Of a DNA stretch of 64,000 nt, positions 11,671 to 19,886 are shown piece after piece (within the stretch, counting starts at the first letter, position 1; every line of letters begins with the position of its first letter). The notes under the pieces are model-generated. The model was not told where the DNA came from, did not search any database, and saw nothing but the letters and a program-made list of their open reading frames with translations. Origin of the DNA: Ruminococcus sp. (GTDB lineage: Bacteria; Bacillota; Clostridia; Oscillospirales; Acutalibacteraceae). The stretch covers positions 68,299 through 132,298 of the forward strand of contig JAFQQF010000026.1 in assembly GCA_017411385.1 (NCBI GenBank). Direction: 5' to 3'. The position numbers were made by a program, and so were the translations under genes.

Positions 11671-13317
11671 TTAATTAGTCTTTTCGGGGCCGGCACTTAC
11701 TACAAGATAAACAGCAGACTCAAGGGCGATTCTATCACCTGCGCTGTGTCCTTTGTATCCGATAACCTTACCCTCGGCTACTTTATCACTATGAACAACA
11801 GAGGTGTCCTGATAAACAACAAATCCAAGCTCAGTGAGCTTTGACACGGCAGATGCTAAGGACATATCCTCAACATTAGGCAAAGTTGCAGCATTGGGAC
11901 CTCGGCTTACCTTAAAGGTTACAGCAAAGCCTTTATCTGCATCTAAGGGAGTTCCCTCAGGAAAGCTCTGTGACATAATCACGCCTTCATCGTACATATC
12001 GGAATAACCATCCGATGAGCTTGTGTATGCATCCTTGTATGCAACAATACCTTTAGAAGAAAGCTCTGCACGTACCTGTTCAAAATTCTTGCCAACATAG
12101 TTTTTCAAGGTTTCACCTGTCCACTCCTCATTATTGATTGTAGGAGTTTCGGTTACCGATGTTTGAGTGGATATCTGACCGGGCTCAGGATTTTCTGTTG
12201 TTGTGTTTCTATTAATGATAAGTATACCAATCCATAAAAACAAAAGAGATGCTACAACAGTAACAATGATACCGACTGATATAGGCGACATTCCGAAGTT
12301 GCTCTTCTTAGGTCTTTCTGTTTTAGCCATACTGGCAGTGCGGCTAATTTCCTCTTGAATTGCCTTTACGGTAGGAGCAACAGAAAGCTGAGAACGCAAA
12401 TCACCAAAGTCGATGATTCTGTCTTCACGCTTAACTTGAAGTCCATTTGCAAGCGCAGAAACCACATGTGGAGGCAATCTCTTCACAGTGCTTGTGCTCA
12501 TAAAGAGTGCACCGTCAGACAGCCTCTCCTTTGCTCCTGCAGGAAGAGAGCCTGTAAGTGCATAGAACAACGTGGCGGTAAAGCCATAAATATCGGTAAT
12601 ATTATCTAAGGGAAAAGAGTTTTCATACTGCTCAGGAGCGGCACAGCCTGTAAAAAGCTGAGATTTGAGAGATGTACCCCTTCTGCGCTCATCAGCGGTA
12701 GCAAAGCCTAACAACAAAGCTTTTCCTGAGGTTGTAATATATAGGTTAGTGGGAGAAATTGCGTAGTGTCCATAGCCATGCTTGTGCAAAGCTTCAAGAA
12801 GAGAAATTACAGGCATAAAAAGAGGACGTGCTACCTCCCACTCCAAATGACCATTATTACGGGTTACATACTCCTCAAAGGAAATAAGCTCCTCATACTC
12901 TTCTACCACATAGCAGGTATTGTTTGCTCTGAAAATATCTGTAATAACATTCATAGCAGACATATCACGCAAGGTAGAAAGAAAAGAGAAAAACTGCTCA
13001 AATTCCATAAACAATCTTTCGTAATCCTCTGCTTTGGAAGCATCAGGAATAACTTTAACTGTACCCTCAGCTCGGGTATAATACCCAGCAGGTAAAAACT
13101 CACGTATAAGAACAGTATTGGAAGTTTGTCTGTCAAATCCGATGTAGAGTGTACTTTCACCGTTTGTTTCTATGTTTCTGCCTACAACATAGCGTTTGTT
13201 GAGAACCGCACCGTAAGGCAGAAAAGGTGCCGACTGAGTACGGGAATTATCAAAACCGCAATCAGGACATATAATCTCTGAGCCGATTTCATGCATACAG
13301 CCTATACAAAGTGACAT
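11671..13317 (-). CDS. Membrane Ser/Thr kinase-like protein (probable pseudokinase) with N-terminal Zn ribbon and two PASTA domains
   Basis: CIGC..CPDC; kinase scaffold (RYVVG, AAPEQY, TDIYG) with degenerate catalytic motifs; TM helix; PASTA-like repeats (LKNYVGK.., LPNVEDMS..A...L). Confidence 0.82.
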   Translation of the reverse strand: MSLCIGCMHEIGSEIICPDCGFDNSRTQSAPFLPYGAVLNKRYVVGRNIETNGESTLYIGFDRQTSNTVLIREFLPAGYYTRAEGTVKVIPDASKAEDYERLFMEFEQFFSFLSTLRDMSAMNVITDIFRANNTCYVVEEYEELISFEEYVTRNNGHLEWEVARPLFMPVISLLEALHKHGYGHYAISPTNLYITTSGKALLLGFATADERRRGTSLKSQLFTGCAAPEQYENSFPLDNITDIYGFTATLFYALTGSLPAGAKERLSDGALFMSTSTVKRLPPHVVSALANGLQVKREDRIIDFGDLRSQLSVAPTVKAIQEEISRTASMAKTERPKKSNFGMSPISVGIIVTVVASLLFLWIGILIINRNTTTENPEPGQISTQTSVTETPTINNEEWTGETLKNYVGKNFEQVRAELSSKGIVAYKDAYTSSSDGYSDMYDEGVIMSQSFPEGTPLDADKGFAVTFKVSRGPNAATLPNVEDMSLASAVSKLTELGFVVYQDTSVVHSDKVAEGKVIGYKGHSAGDRIALESAVYLVVSAGPEKTN

Positions 13318-13497
13318 AATATCATCTCCATTTGAAGCACATAATTACACTTATAACTATAGTAATTATATTATATCACGTCAAAAGCCCAAAAACAAGA
13401 ATCTGTAATGTTACACAATTTACAGTTTTGTTATTGTATTGGTAGTTTTAACAAAATCAAATTGACTTTAGCACCAAATCACAGATAATTGCAAACA

Positions 13498-13539
13498 GAA
13501 AAACGGTTGTTTCCATAACACAGGAACAACCGTTTTTTC
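13498..13539 (-). terminator. Terminator after the ABC exporter operon
   Basis: AAAAACGGTTGTT...AACAACCGTTTTT inverted repeat with T-tract. Confidence 0.7.
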
Positions 13540-13548
13540 TTATAAAGT

Positions 13549-15327
13549 TTATTTATCAGAGAACTGAGAATTGTAAAGCTTAGCGTAAAGACCGTCTTTA
13601 GCCATAAGCTCTTCGTGATTTCCTACCTCTAGGATGTCACCGTCCTGCATATACAGGATGTTTTCAGCATCTTTAATTGTAGAAAGTCTGTGAGCAATAA
13701 CAAATGAGGTCTTCCCCTTCATCATTTCGCTCATAGCTTCTTGAATCATAACCTCTGTACGGGTATCAACAGAAGACGTTGCTTCGTCAAGAATAAGTAT
13801 AGGCGGATTATTAAGCATGGCTCTTGCAATTGTTAAGAGCTGACGCTGACCCTGAGCGATATTACCTGCACCTTCTTGCAAAACAAAGTTGTAACCGCCT
13901 GGCAATGTACGGATGAAGGCGTCTGCCCTAGCTTTCTTTGCCGCCTCAATAACCTCTTCGTCGGTTGCATCAAGCTTTCCGTAACGGATGTTCTCCATAA
14001 TTGTGCCGTTGTAAAGCCATGTATCCTGCAAAACCATACCGAAGATTTCTCTCAAACGGCTTCTTTCCATATCGCGGATATCAACACCGTCAATATTAAT
14101 TGAACCGCTTCTTACATCATAGAAACGCATAATAAGGTTAATAAGGGTTGTCTTGCCTGCACCTGTGGGTCCAACGATAGCAGTCTTTTCACCTGCACCG
14201 ATCTTGATATCAAGGTCGTGAATAAGTGTCTGGTGTGGCAGATAACCAAAACGGATGTGGTTAAATGTAACCTGACCCTTGAGCTCTTTGGGGAACTGGG
14301 GATTCTCAACATCGTCAACCTCTTCCTCTTCATCAAGGAACTCGAAGATTCTTGAAGCTGCAGAGCCTGTTGACTGGATAATGTTTGTAATCTGCATTAC
14401 CTGAGTAAGAGGCTGAGAGAACTGTCTAAGATACAAAGTAAAGGACTGAATCATACCGATAGAAAGTCCACCCATTATAGCGATAATCGCACCAACAATA
14501 CAAACAAGAGCGTAGCCTAAGTTTGTCATATTCTGCATTATCGGCATAAGAGTACCGGCAAGGAACTGACCATCCTTTGAGGATTCAAAAAGGTCCTCGT
14601 TGGTTTTTTCAAATTCATCGATAACAGTATCTTCTCTGCCAAATACAGTAACTACATTGTGACCTGAATAATACTCTTCTACGAAGCCGTTCAGTTCTCC
14701 TGTTTTGCTCTGCTGTGCATCAAACTTTGCTTTTGATTTCTTAGCAATTTTTGCTGAAACATACAGGGCTACAGGAACGATAGCAAGCCCGACAAAGGTG
14801 AGAACACCGCTTATGTTGAGCATAATGATAAAGATAATCACAATGGTAAAGAAAGCGTTGAGTATCTGATAAATGCTCTGCTGTAAAGAGCTAGAAACAG
14901 TATCAACATCATTTGTAACGCGGCTCAGAATATCACCGTACGAATTTGTGTCATAGTAGTTTAAAGGAAGCTTTGAAAGCTTATGGTCAACCTTTTTTCT
15001 CAGGTCATAGATTGTGTTTTCTGTAACACCAACAATCAGCCATGTGCCAATGTAAGAAAGCAGGGAGTTTATACCATAAGCACAACCCATAAAAGCAAGG
15101 AACTTGAGGAAACTGCGAAGAGCATCGGGGTTTTTACCGCCTTCAAGGAGTATTGCAAGGAAGTTTGTAGCATTACCCATAAGCAGAGGTGCCGCCGCAT
15201 AAGCAAGGTTTGCCACCATAATCAGAAGTATTGCAAGTATCAATCTGCCGCGGTAGGGCTTCATATAAGAGAACAATCTCTTGTATGCGCCTTTTTGTTT
15301 GGAGGAACTAACGTTATTTTTCATCAC
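13549..15327 (-). CDS. ABC exporter subunit (TMD+NBD), partner of the 15324-17054 gene
   Basis: GPTGAGKTT, consensus Walker B ILDE and AHR, degenerate signature IAQGQ. Confidence 0.93.
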   Translation of the reverse strand: MMKNNVSSSKQKGAYKRLFSYMKPYRGRLILAILLIMVANLAYAAAPLLMGNATNFLAILLEGGKNPDALRSFLKFLAFMGCAYGINSLLSYIGTWLIVGVTENTIYDLRKKVDHKLSKLPLNYYDTNSYGDILSRVTNDVDTVSSSLQQSIYQILNAFFTIVIIFIIMLNISGVLTFVGLAIVPVALYVSAKIAKKSKAKFDAQQSKTGELNGFVEEYYSGHNVVTVFGREDTVIDEFEKTNEDLFESSKDGQFLAGTLMPIMQNMTNLGYALVCIVGAIIAIMGGLSIGMIQSFTLYLRQFSQPLTQVMQITNIIQSTGSAASRIFEFLDEEEEVDDVENPQFPKELKGQVTFNHIRFGYLPHQTLIHDLDIKIGAGEKTAIVGPTGAGKTTLINLIMRFYDVRSGSINIDGVDIRDMERSRLREIFGMVLQDTWLYNGTIMENIRYGKLDATDEEVIEAAKKARADAFIRTLPGGYNFVLQEGAGNIAQGQRQLLTIARAMLNNPPILILDEATSSVDTRTEVMIQEAMSEMMKGKTSFVIAHRLSTIKDAENILYMQDGDILEVGNHEELMAKDGLYAKLYNSQFSDK

Positions 15328-17054
15328 TCTTCCTCCTTACTCATCTGAGAATCTACAATTTCCTTGTAAACATCACAGGTATTGAGAAGCTCATTGTGAG
15401 TGCCTATACCTGCAACCTGACCTTTTTCGATTACAATGATTCTGTCGGCATCAATAATGGTACTGATTCGCTGAGCAACAATAACAACAGTGGCATCGCC
15501 TGTTTCTTTTGAAAGAGCCTGACGCAAAGACTTGTCGGTCTTGAAATCAAGAGCAGAGAAGCTATCGTCAAACACGTATATTTCAGGCTTGCGGACAATT
15601 GCTCTTGCAATGGCAAGGCGCTGACGCTGTCCTCCAGACACATTTGTACCGCCCTGAGAAATAGGAGAATTAAAGCCCTCCTCTTTCTTCATTACAAAGT
15701 CATAGGACTGAGCAATTTTCACAGCCTCTTCGATTCTGTCCTCATCGGCAGTTCTGTCACCAAAAGCAATGTTAGAGTCTATTGTACCTGCAAACAGCAC
15801 AGCCTTCTGAGGAACAAAACCGATTTTGTTTCTCAAGACTTCCATATCATAATCTCTTACGTCAACACCATCTACAAGCACCTGACCCTCGGTTACATCA
15901 TAAAGTCTGGGAATCAGGTTAACAATTGTGGATTTACCCATACCAGTACCGCCGATAATAGCCGTAGTTTCTCCGGGCTTTGCCTCAAAGGAGAGGTTCT
16001 CAATAGCAGGTACATCTGCACCGGGATATGTAAACGAAACATTCTTAAATGTAAGATATCCTCTCTGTGAGGTATTATCCTTTGTATTTTCACAATTTTT
16101 GATAGATGGCTCTGTTTCAAGAACCTCCTGTGCTCTGGCTGCTGCAGTTGATGCACGGGGCAGCATAACAAACACAAGAGTCAGCATAATCACAGCCATC
16201 ATAATCTGCATGATATACTGGATAATTGCCATAATTTCGCCAATGGTATAATCAATGCCTTTGTTGAGTGACTGGTTTGCTGCCATAAGCATTACCATTG
16301 ATGCTGTTAAGGCAAGTACCACAACAAGCACAGGCATAACAAGGTTTGTTGTACGCTGGAGCTTCTTATTTGTTTTCTGATAATCCTTATTAATTTCATC
16401 AAACTTCTTCGACTCAAAATCAACTGTACCGAAAGCACGGATTACCCTCACACCTGTAAGTTTTTCACGCATAACAAGGTTAATACGATCGATTTTTGTC
16501 TGAATCCTTGTAGAAAGAGGCACCGCAATCTTGGCTATTGCTACAAGAACAATTGCCATGAGAGGAACAGAAATTACAAGCACACCGGAAAGCTGAGGCG
16601 AGCTTGAGATAGCAAGAACAACACCGCAGATACACATAATAGGAGCCTGCACAGCAATTCTTAAGCACTGGTTAAGAAATACCTGTACCTGAGAAATATC
16701 GTTGTTTGTTCTTGTGATAAGAGAGGATGCAGAAAATCTGTCAATTTCAGTCTGAGAGAAATACTGCACCTTATTAAAAATTTTACTTCTTAAGTTTCTG
16801 CCGACGCCCATGGAAACAGTAGCAGAAAGTCTGCTGGTAACTACTCCGCAGAATAGTCCGAACACAACCAGAGCAATCATAAGTCCGCCAACTCTGAATA
16901 CCATAGCTTTGTCCCCTTGAGGAATAGCCACGTCAATAAGACGTGTAAGTAACGACGGCAATCCCAGTGCTGAGAGGGTTGTGCCCAAAACTGTCAGCAC
17001 TATAAGTACAAGCTGTTTTTTATAACAGCCGAGTTCTTTAAATACACTTTTCAT
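15324..17054 (-). CDS. ABC exporter subunit (TMD+NBD) of a heterodimeric multidrug-type exporter
   Basis: GGTGMGKST, VSGGQRQR, degenerate Walker B VFDD and switch AQR: the asymmetric heterodimer pattern. Confidence 0.93.
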   Translation of the reverse strand: MKSVFKELGCYKKQLVLIVLTVLGTTLSALGLPSLLTRLIDVAIPQGDKAMVFRVGGLMIALVVFGLFCGVVTSRLSATVSMGVGRNLRSKIFNKVQYFSQTEIDRFSASSLITRTNNDISQVQVFLNQCLRIAVQAPIMCICGVVLAISSSPQLSGVLVISVPLMAIVLVAIAKIAVPLSTRIQTKIDRINLVMREKLTGVRVIRAFGTVDFESKKFDEINKDYQKTNKKLQRTTNLVMPVLVVVLALTASMVMLMAANQSLNKGIDYTIGEIMAIIQYIMQIMMAVIMLTLVFVMLPRASTAAARAQEVLETEPSIKNCENTKDNTSQRGYLTFKNVSFTYPGADVPAIENLSFEAKPGETTAIIGGTGMGKSTIVNLIPRLYDVTEGQVLVDGVDVRDYDMEVLRNKIGFVPQKAVLFAGTIDSNIAFGDRTADEDRIEEAVKIAQSYDFVMKKEEGFNSPISQGGTNVSGGQRQRLAIARAIVRKPEIYVFDDSFSALDFKTDKSLRQALSKETGDATVVIVAQRISTIIDADRIIVIEKGQVAGIGTHNELLNTCDVYKEIVDSQMSKEEE

Positions 17055-17068
17055 TTTGAAGTCACCTT

Positions 17069-17614
17069 TTATTCCTTGTCTTCAAACACAGACATAATAA
17101 GCCTTACACCATACACAAGCAATTCAATACCAATCATATATCCGATGGCAAAAGCGGCATATAAAAGATGAGAGGCACCGTAAAGTCCTGTTATAATAAG
17201 TAGTATACTCATAACAAGTGTCAACACCCAGAACTTACCGCTACGTTTTTTCTGTGCTACTGCACGGAATATACCTAGAACGCCTGCATAGATTAACCAG
17301 AAAACGAACATAATGAGAATCATAATATCCAGAACACCGCGTACCCAAGGAATAAACAATGCAAGTACAGACATAACTGCAGCAGATATACCGAATATAA
17401 GCTCGATAACGCCGTTTGCAACAAGTCCTTTTCTTCCCTCTTCATTTTTTCTCTCTCGGTTTGATGCATATTCAAAAATACTGCATACACCCAGAACGCC
17501 AAGCAAAATAGCCACGATAAGACCGCTGCTCAAAAAGGTTGCACCGGGAAAACACATGCAGTAAATTGCACCGAAAATAGAAAAAACGCCTAAAATACAG
17601 TTAAAAGTTTTCAT
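17069..17614 (-). CDS. HdeD/DUF308-family membrane protein
   Basis: About six hydrophobic helices in a two-repeat arrangement; AGGAGG RBS 6 nt before ATG 17614. Confidence 0.7.
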   Translation of the reverse strand: MKTFNCILGVFSIFGAIYCMCFPGATFLSSGLIVAILLGVLGVCSIFEYASNRERKNEEGRKGLVANGVIELIFGISAAVMSVLALFIPWVRGVLDIMILIMFVFWLIYAGVLGIFRAVAQKKRSGKFWVLTLVMSILLIITGLYGASHLLYAAFAIGYMIGIELLVYGVRLIMSVFEDKE

Positions 17615-17699
17615 AAGCATCCTCCTTTTTTATTAAATAATAGCATATTTTCGACAATTATCAAGACAACATTGTAATTATCTTCAAAATTTGTTGCAC

Positions 17700-17767
17700 C
17701 GCTCGCAGAGCGATATCATATCGGAGATATATCATCCGTTGTGATAAGAACGGATATCATTGAAAAA
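17700..17767. repeat. 68-bp direct repeat, copy A (palindrome-rich)
   Basis: CGCTCGCAGAGCGATATCATATCGGAGATATATCATCCGTTGTGATAAGAACGGATATCATTGAAAAA; 67/68 identical to 17984-18051. Confidence 0.95.
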
Positions 17768-17800
17768 AGTCACCTTTGTCTGTAGACAAAAGTGACTTTT
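17765..17800. terminator. Hairpin abutting repeat copy A
   Basis: AAAAGTCACcTTTGTCT-gt-AGACAAAaGTGACTTTT. Confidence 0.75.
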
Positions 17801-17983
17801 AGTTGGCGATGCAAAACCACCACAAATGAACCTTTAAAGTTCGTATTTTTGCGTTGTTTGCAAACTACAAAAAGATATTTTCTGTAGACTTACATGCAGA
17901 TTTAAACTCTCAAATTAAATGATATATCGCTTACGCGATATGATATAATACCCGTTCCTTAATATGCCGAATGCATATATCAT

Positions 17984-18051
17984 CGCTCGCAGAGCGATAT
18001 CATATCGGAGATATATCATCCGTTGCGATAAGAACGGATATCATTGAAAAA
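17984..18051. repeat. 68-bp direct repeat, copy B
   Basis: Same sequence as copy A except GTG/GCG at one position; lies 284 bp from copy A. Confidence 0.95.
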
Positions 18052-18084
18052 GGACAAGTTTCTACTGAAACTTGTCCTTTTTCA
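18045..18084 (-). terminator. Terminator-like hairpin directly after tRNA-Ala
   Basis: TGAAAAAGGACAAGTTTC-tact-GAAACTTGTCCTTTTTCA, perfect 18-bp arms. Confidence 0.85.
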
Positions 18085-18160
18085 TGGTGGAGACGATGGG
18101 GATCGAACCCACGACCTCTTGAATGCCATTCAAGCACTCTCCCAGCTGAGCTACGCCCCC
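18085..18160 (-). tRNA. tRNA-Ala (GGC)
   Basis: GGGGGCGTAGCTCAGCTGGGAGAGTGCTTGAATGGCATTCAAGAGGTCGTGGGTTCGATCCCCATCGTCTCCACCA; G3:U70 pair, GGC anticodon, encoded CCA. Confidence 0.97.
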
Positions 18161-18270
18161 ACGAACGAATAGTATATTAACATAACTTTGTGAAAAAAGC
18201 AATACTTTTTGAGTATAAATTTAGAAAGCAAATTTAAAGGACAGATAAAAACATTATCTGTCCTTAAGCT

Positions 18271-18972
18271 TTATTTGTTTTTCATTGTATTGTAAGAAAG
18301 CTCTACTGCTTCAAAGCTTATATTACAACAGAATTTATATACAGGAACCTTTGTGAGGGTTTCATCAAGCAAGCTAAACAGTGCTGACATCTCAGCGACA
18401 TTATCAGGTCTGAGGGTTTGTTCCATAAGAACAGGAAGTGCCTCGGCAACCGAAATCTTTTTTATGCTGTTTTCCTTGCTCTGATTTAGGATGCTAATTC
18501 CGCACAAAGGAACCATAACGTTAGTGTTTATATCGTACTTGCCGGAAAAGGGTGTTCCGCAGATATAAGGGGTACCATCAATAATTCTGACCGCAGGCTT
18601 ATCATCATTTACAGAAATAACCTTATCACCAAAATACTTGCGCCAAAGTGATGCGTGAGTTGACTTACCTGCACCGCAGGGACCTGTAAAAACAAAGCCT
18701 TCTCCGTCTACAGAAAGTGCCGCGCTGTGAAGGAAGAACGCACCTTTTAGAATTATTGCCCTGTAAAACTTAATACCTGCAACCACATACTCTGCCAAAT
18801 CCTCGTTCATAGGATATTTTGCTATATGGTTTTGAATATCTTCCTCTGTAATTTCCAGAGAAAAATCAGGAGTCAAGCTCTGGTCCTCGGATAAGTACTT
18901 CTCTGAACGATTCCTAAGACGAGAAAATCGGGGTTCGTATTCAACATTAAAACCGCAAATTGAGTAAATCAT
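18271..18972 (-). CDS. HPr-kinase-related P-loop protein (ScmC / lasso-cluster kinase-like)
   Basis: LHSAA, GPCGAGKSTH, VNDDKPAVR, CGTPFSGK motifs. Confidence 0.75.
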   Translation of the reverse strand: MIYSICGFNVEYEPRFSRLRNRSEKYLSEDQSLTPDFSLEITEEDIQNHIAKYPMNEDLAEYVVAGIKFYRAIILKGAFFLHSAALSVDGEGFVFTGPCGAGKSTHASLWRKYFGDKVISVNDDKPAVRIIDGTPYICGTPFSGKYDINTNVMVPLCGISILNQSKENSIKKISVAEALPVLMEQTLRPDNVAEMSALFSLLDETLTKVPVYKFCCNISFEAVELSYNTMKNK

Positions 18973-18989
18973 TTATTCTATCCTTTTTC

Positions 18990-19886
18990 TTAGGTGTTTT
19001 TTAATTCCCAAGGCTTTAAGTCCTTAATTTCGTTGAACATTTCAACATAGGATTGATGTCTTGAAGATGATATATTTCCATCATTCACAGCTTCTATTAC
19101 TGCACATCCCTTTTCACAGGTGTGCATGCAGGAGGAAAATTTACATTCGCCTATATAATCCTCAAACTCAGGAAAACAGTACATAAGCTGTTCCTTCATC
19201 ACAAGGTGGTATCTCTCCAAATCTACTGTAGAAAAGCCCGGTGTATCTGCAATATAGCCTGTGTCAGTTTTAAAAAGCTCTACGGTTCGGGTTGTATGTC
19301 TGCCTCTGCCGAGCTTCTGGCTGATTTCTCCTGTTTTGAGCTCAAGCTCGGGATAGAGATTATTAATGAGAGTTGATTTGCCAACTCCGCTGTTGCCAAT
19401 GAAAGCCACGAGCTTACCGCAAAGAGCAGTACGGATTTTATCTACACTCTCGGCGTCCCCGTCAGAATAAGTAAATGTTGGGAAGCCAGCCTTTTCATAA
19501 ACTTCTACCAATTCATCGCAGGAGGAAAGGTCGGTTTTAGAAAAAACAATATATGGCATCGTGCCTATATCAACAGCTGCCGCCGTGAGTTTATCTATAA
19601 CTAAGGTATTAGGCAAAGGTTCAACTGTAGAGATAACAATCACAAGGGCATCGAGATTTGCAAGAGGAGGACGCACAAGAAGATTCTTTCTCTCGCAAAT
19701 TTTCTCAACACTATGATAACCGTCAGGCTTAAGGGCAACTGATACCCTGTCACCTACAACCGGTGATTCTCCCCTGTTACGGAATTTACCTCTTGCCTTA
19801 CATTCAAGAATTTCATCCTGAGTGTCAACATAGTAAAATCCTGCAGTCAGCTTGATTATTACACCTTCTTTTGTAAAGCCAGTCAT
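18990..19886 (-). CDS. rsgA: Ribosome small subunit-dependent GTPase A
   Basis: PVVGDRV, SKTDL, GNSGVGKST, GRHTTR, DTPGF, CKFSSCMHTCEKGCAV Zn site. Confidence 0.97.
   Translation of the reverse strand: MTGFTKEGVIIKLTAGFYYVDTQDEILECKARGKFRNRGESPVVGDRVSVALKPDGYHSVEKICERKNLLVRPPLANLDALVIVISTVEPLPNTLVIDKLTAAAVDIGTMPYIVFSKTDLSSCDELVEVYEKAGFPTFTYSDGDAESVDKIRTALCGKLVAFIGNSGVGKSTLINNLYPELELKTGEISQKLGRGRHTTRTVELFKTDTGYIADTPGFSTVDLERYHLVMKEQLMYCFPEFEDYIGECKFSSCMHTCEKGCAVIEAVNDGNISSSRHQSYVEMFNEIKDLKPWELKNT

Noticed and set aside
17801-17860. C-terminal remnant of a recombinase gene (KNTNFKGSFVVVLHRQL*) on the minus strand
   Set aside because: Too short to support, and no upstream ORF or catalytic motif is visible
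17700-18051. CRISPR array
   Set aside because: Only two copies, 68 bp long with a 216-bp spacer, and no cas genes
17971-18180. 69-aa ORF, and the 64-aa ORF at 55848-56042
   Set aside because: These are translations of tRNA-Ala and tRNA-Pro sequence (WWRRWGSNPRP; RGVAQFGSA), not proteins
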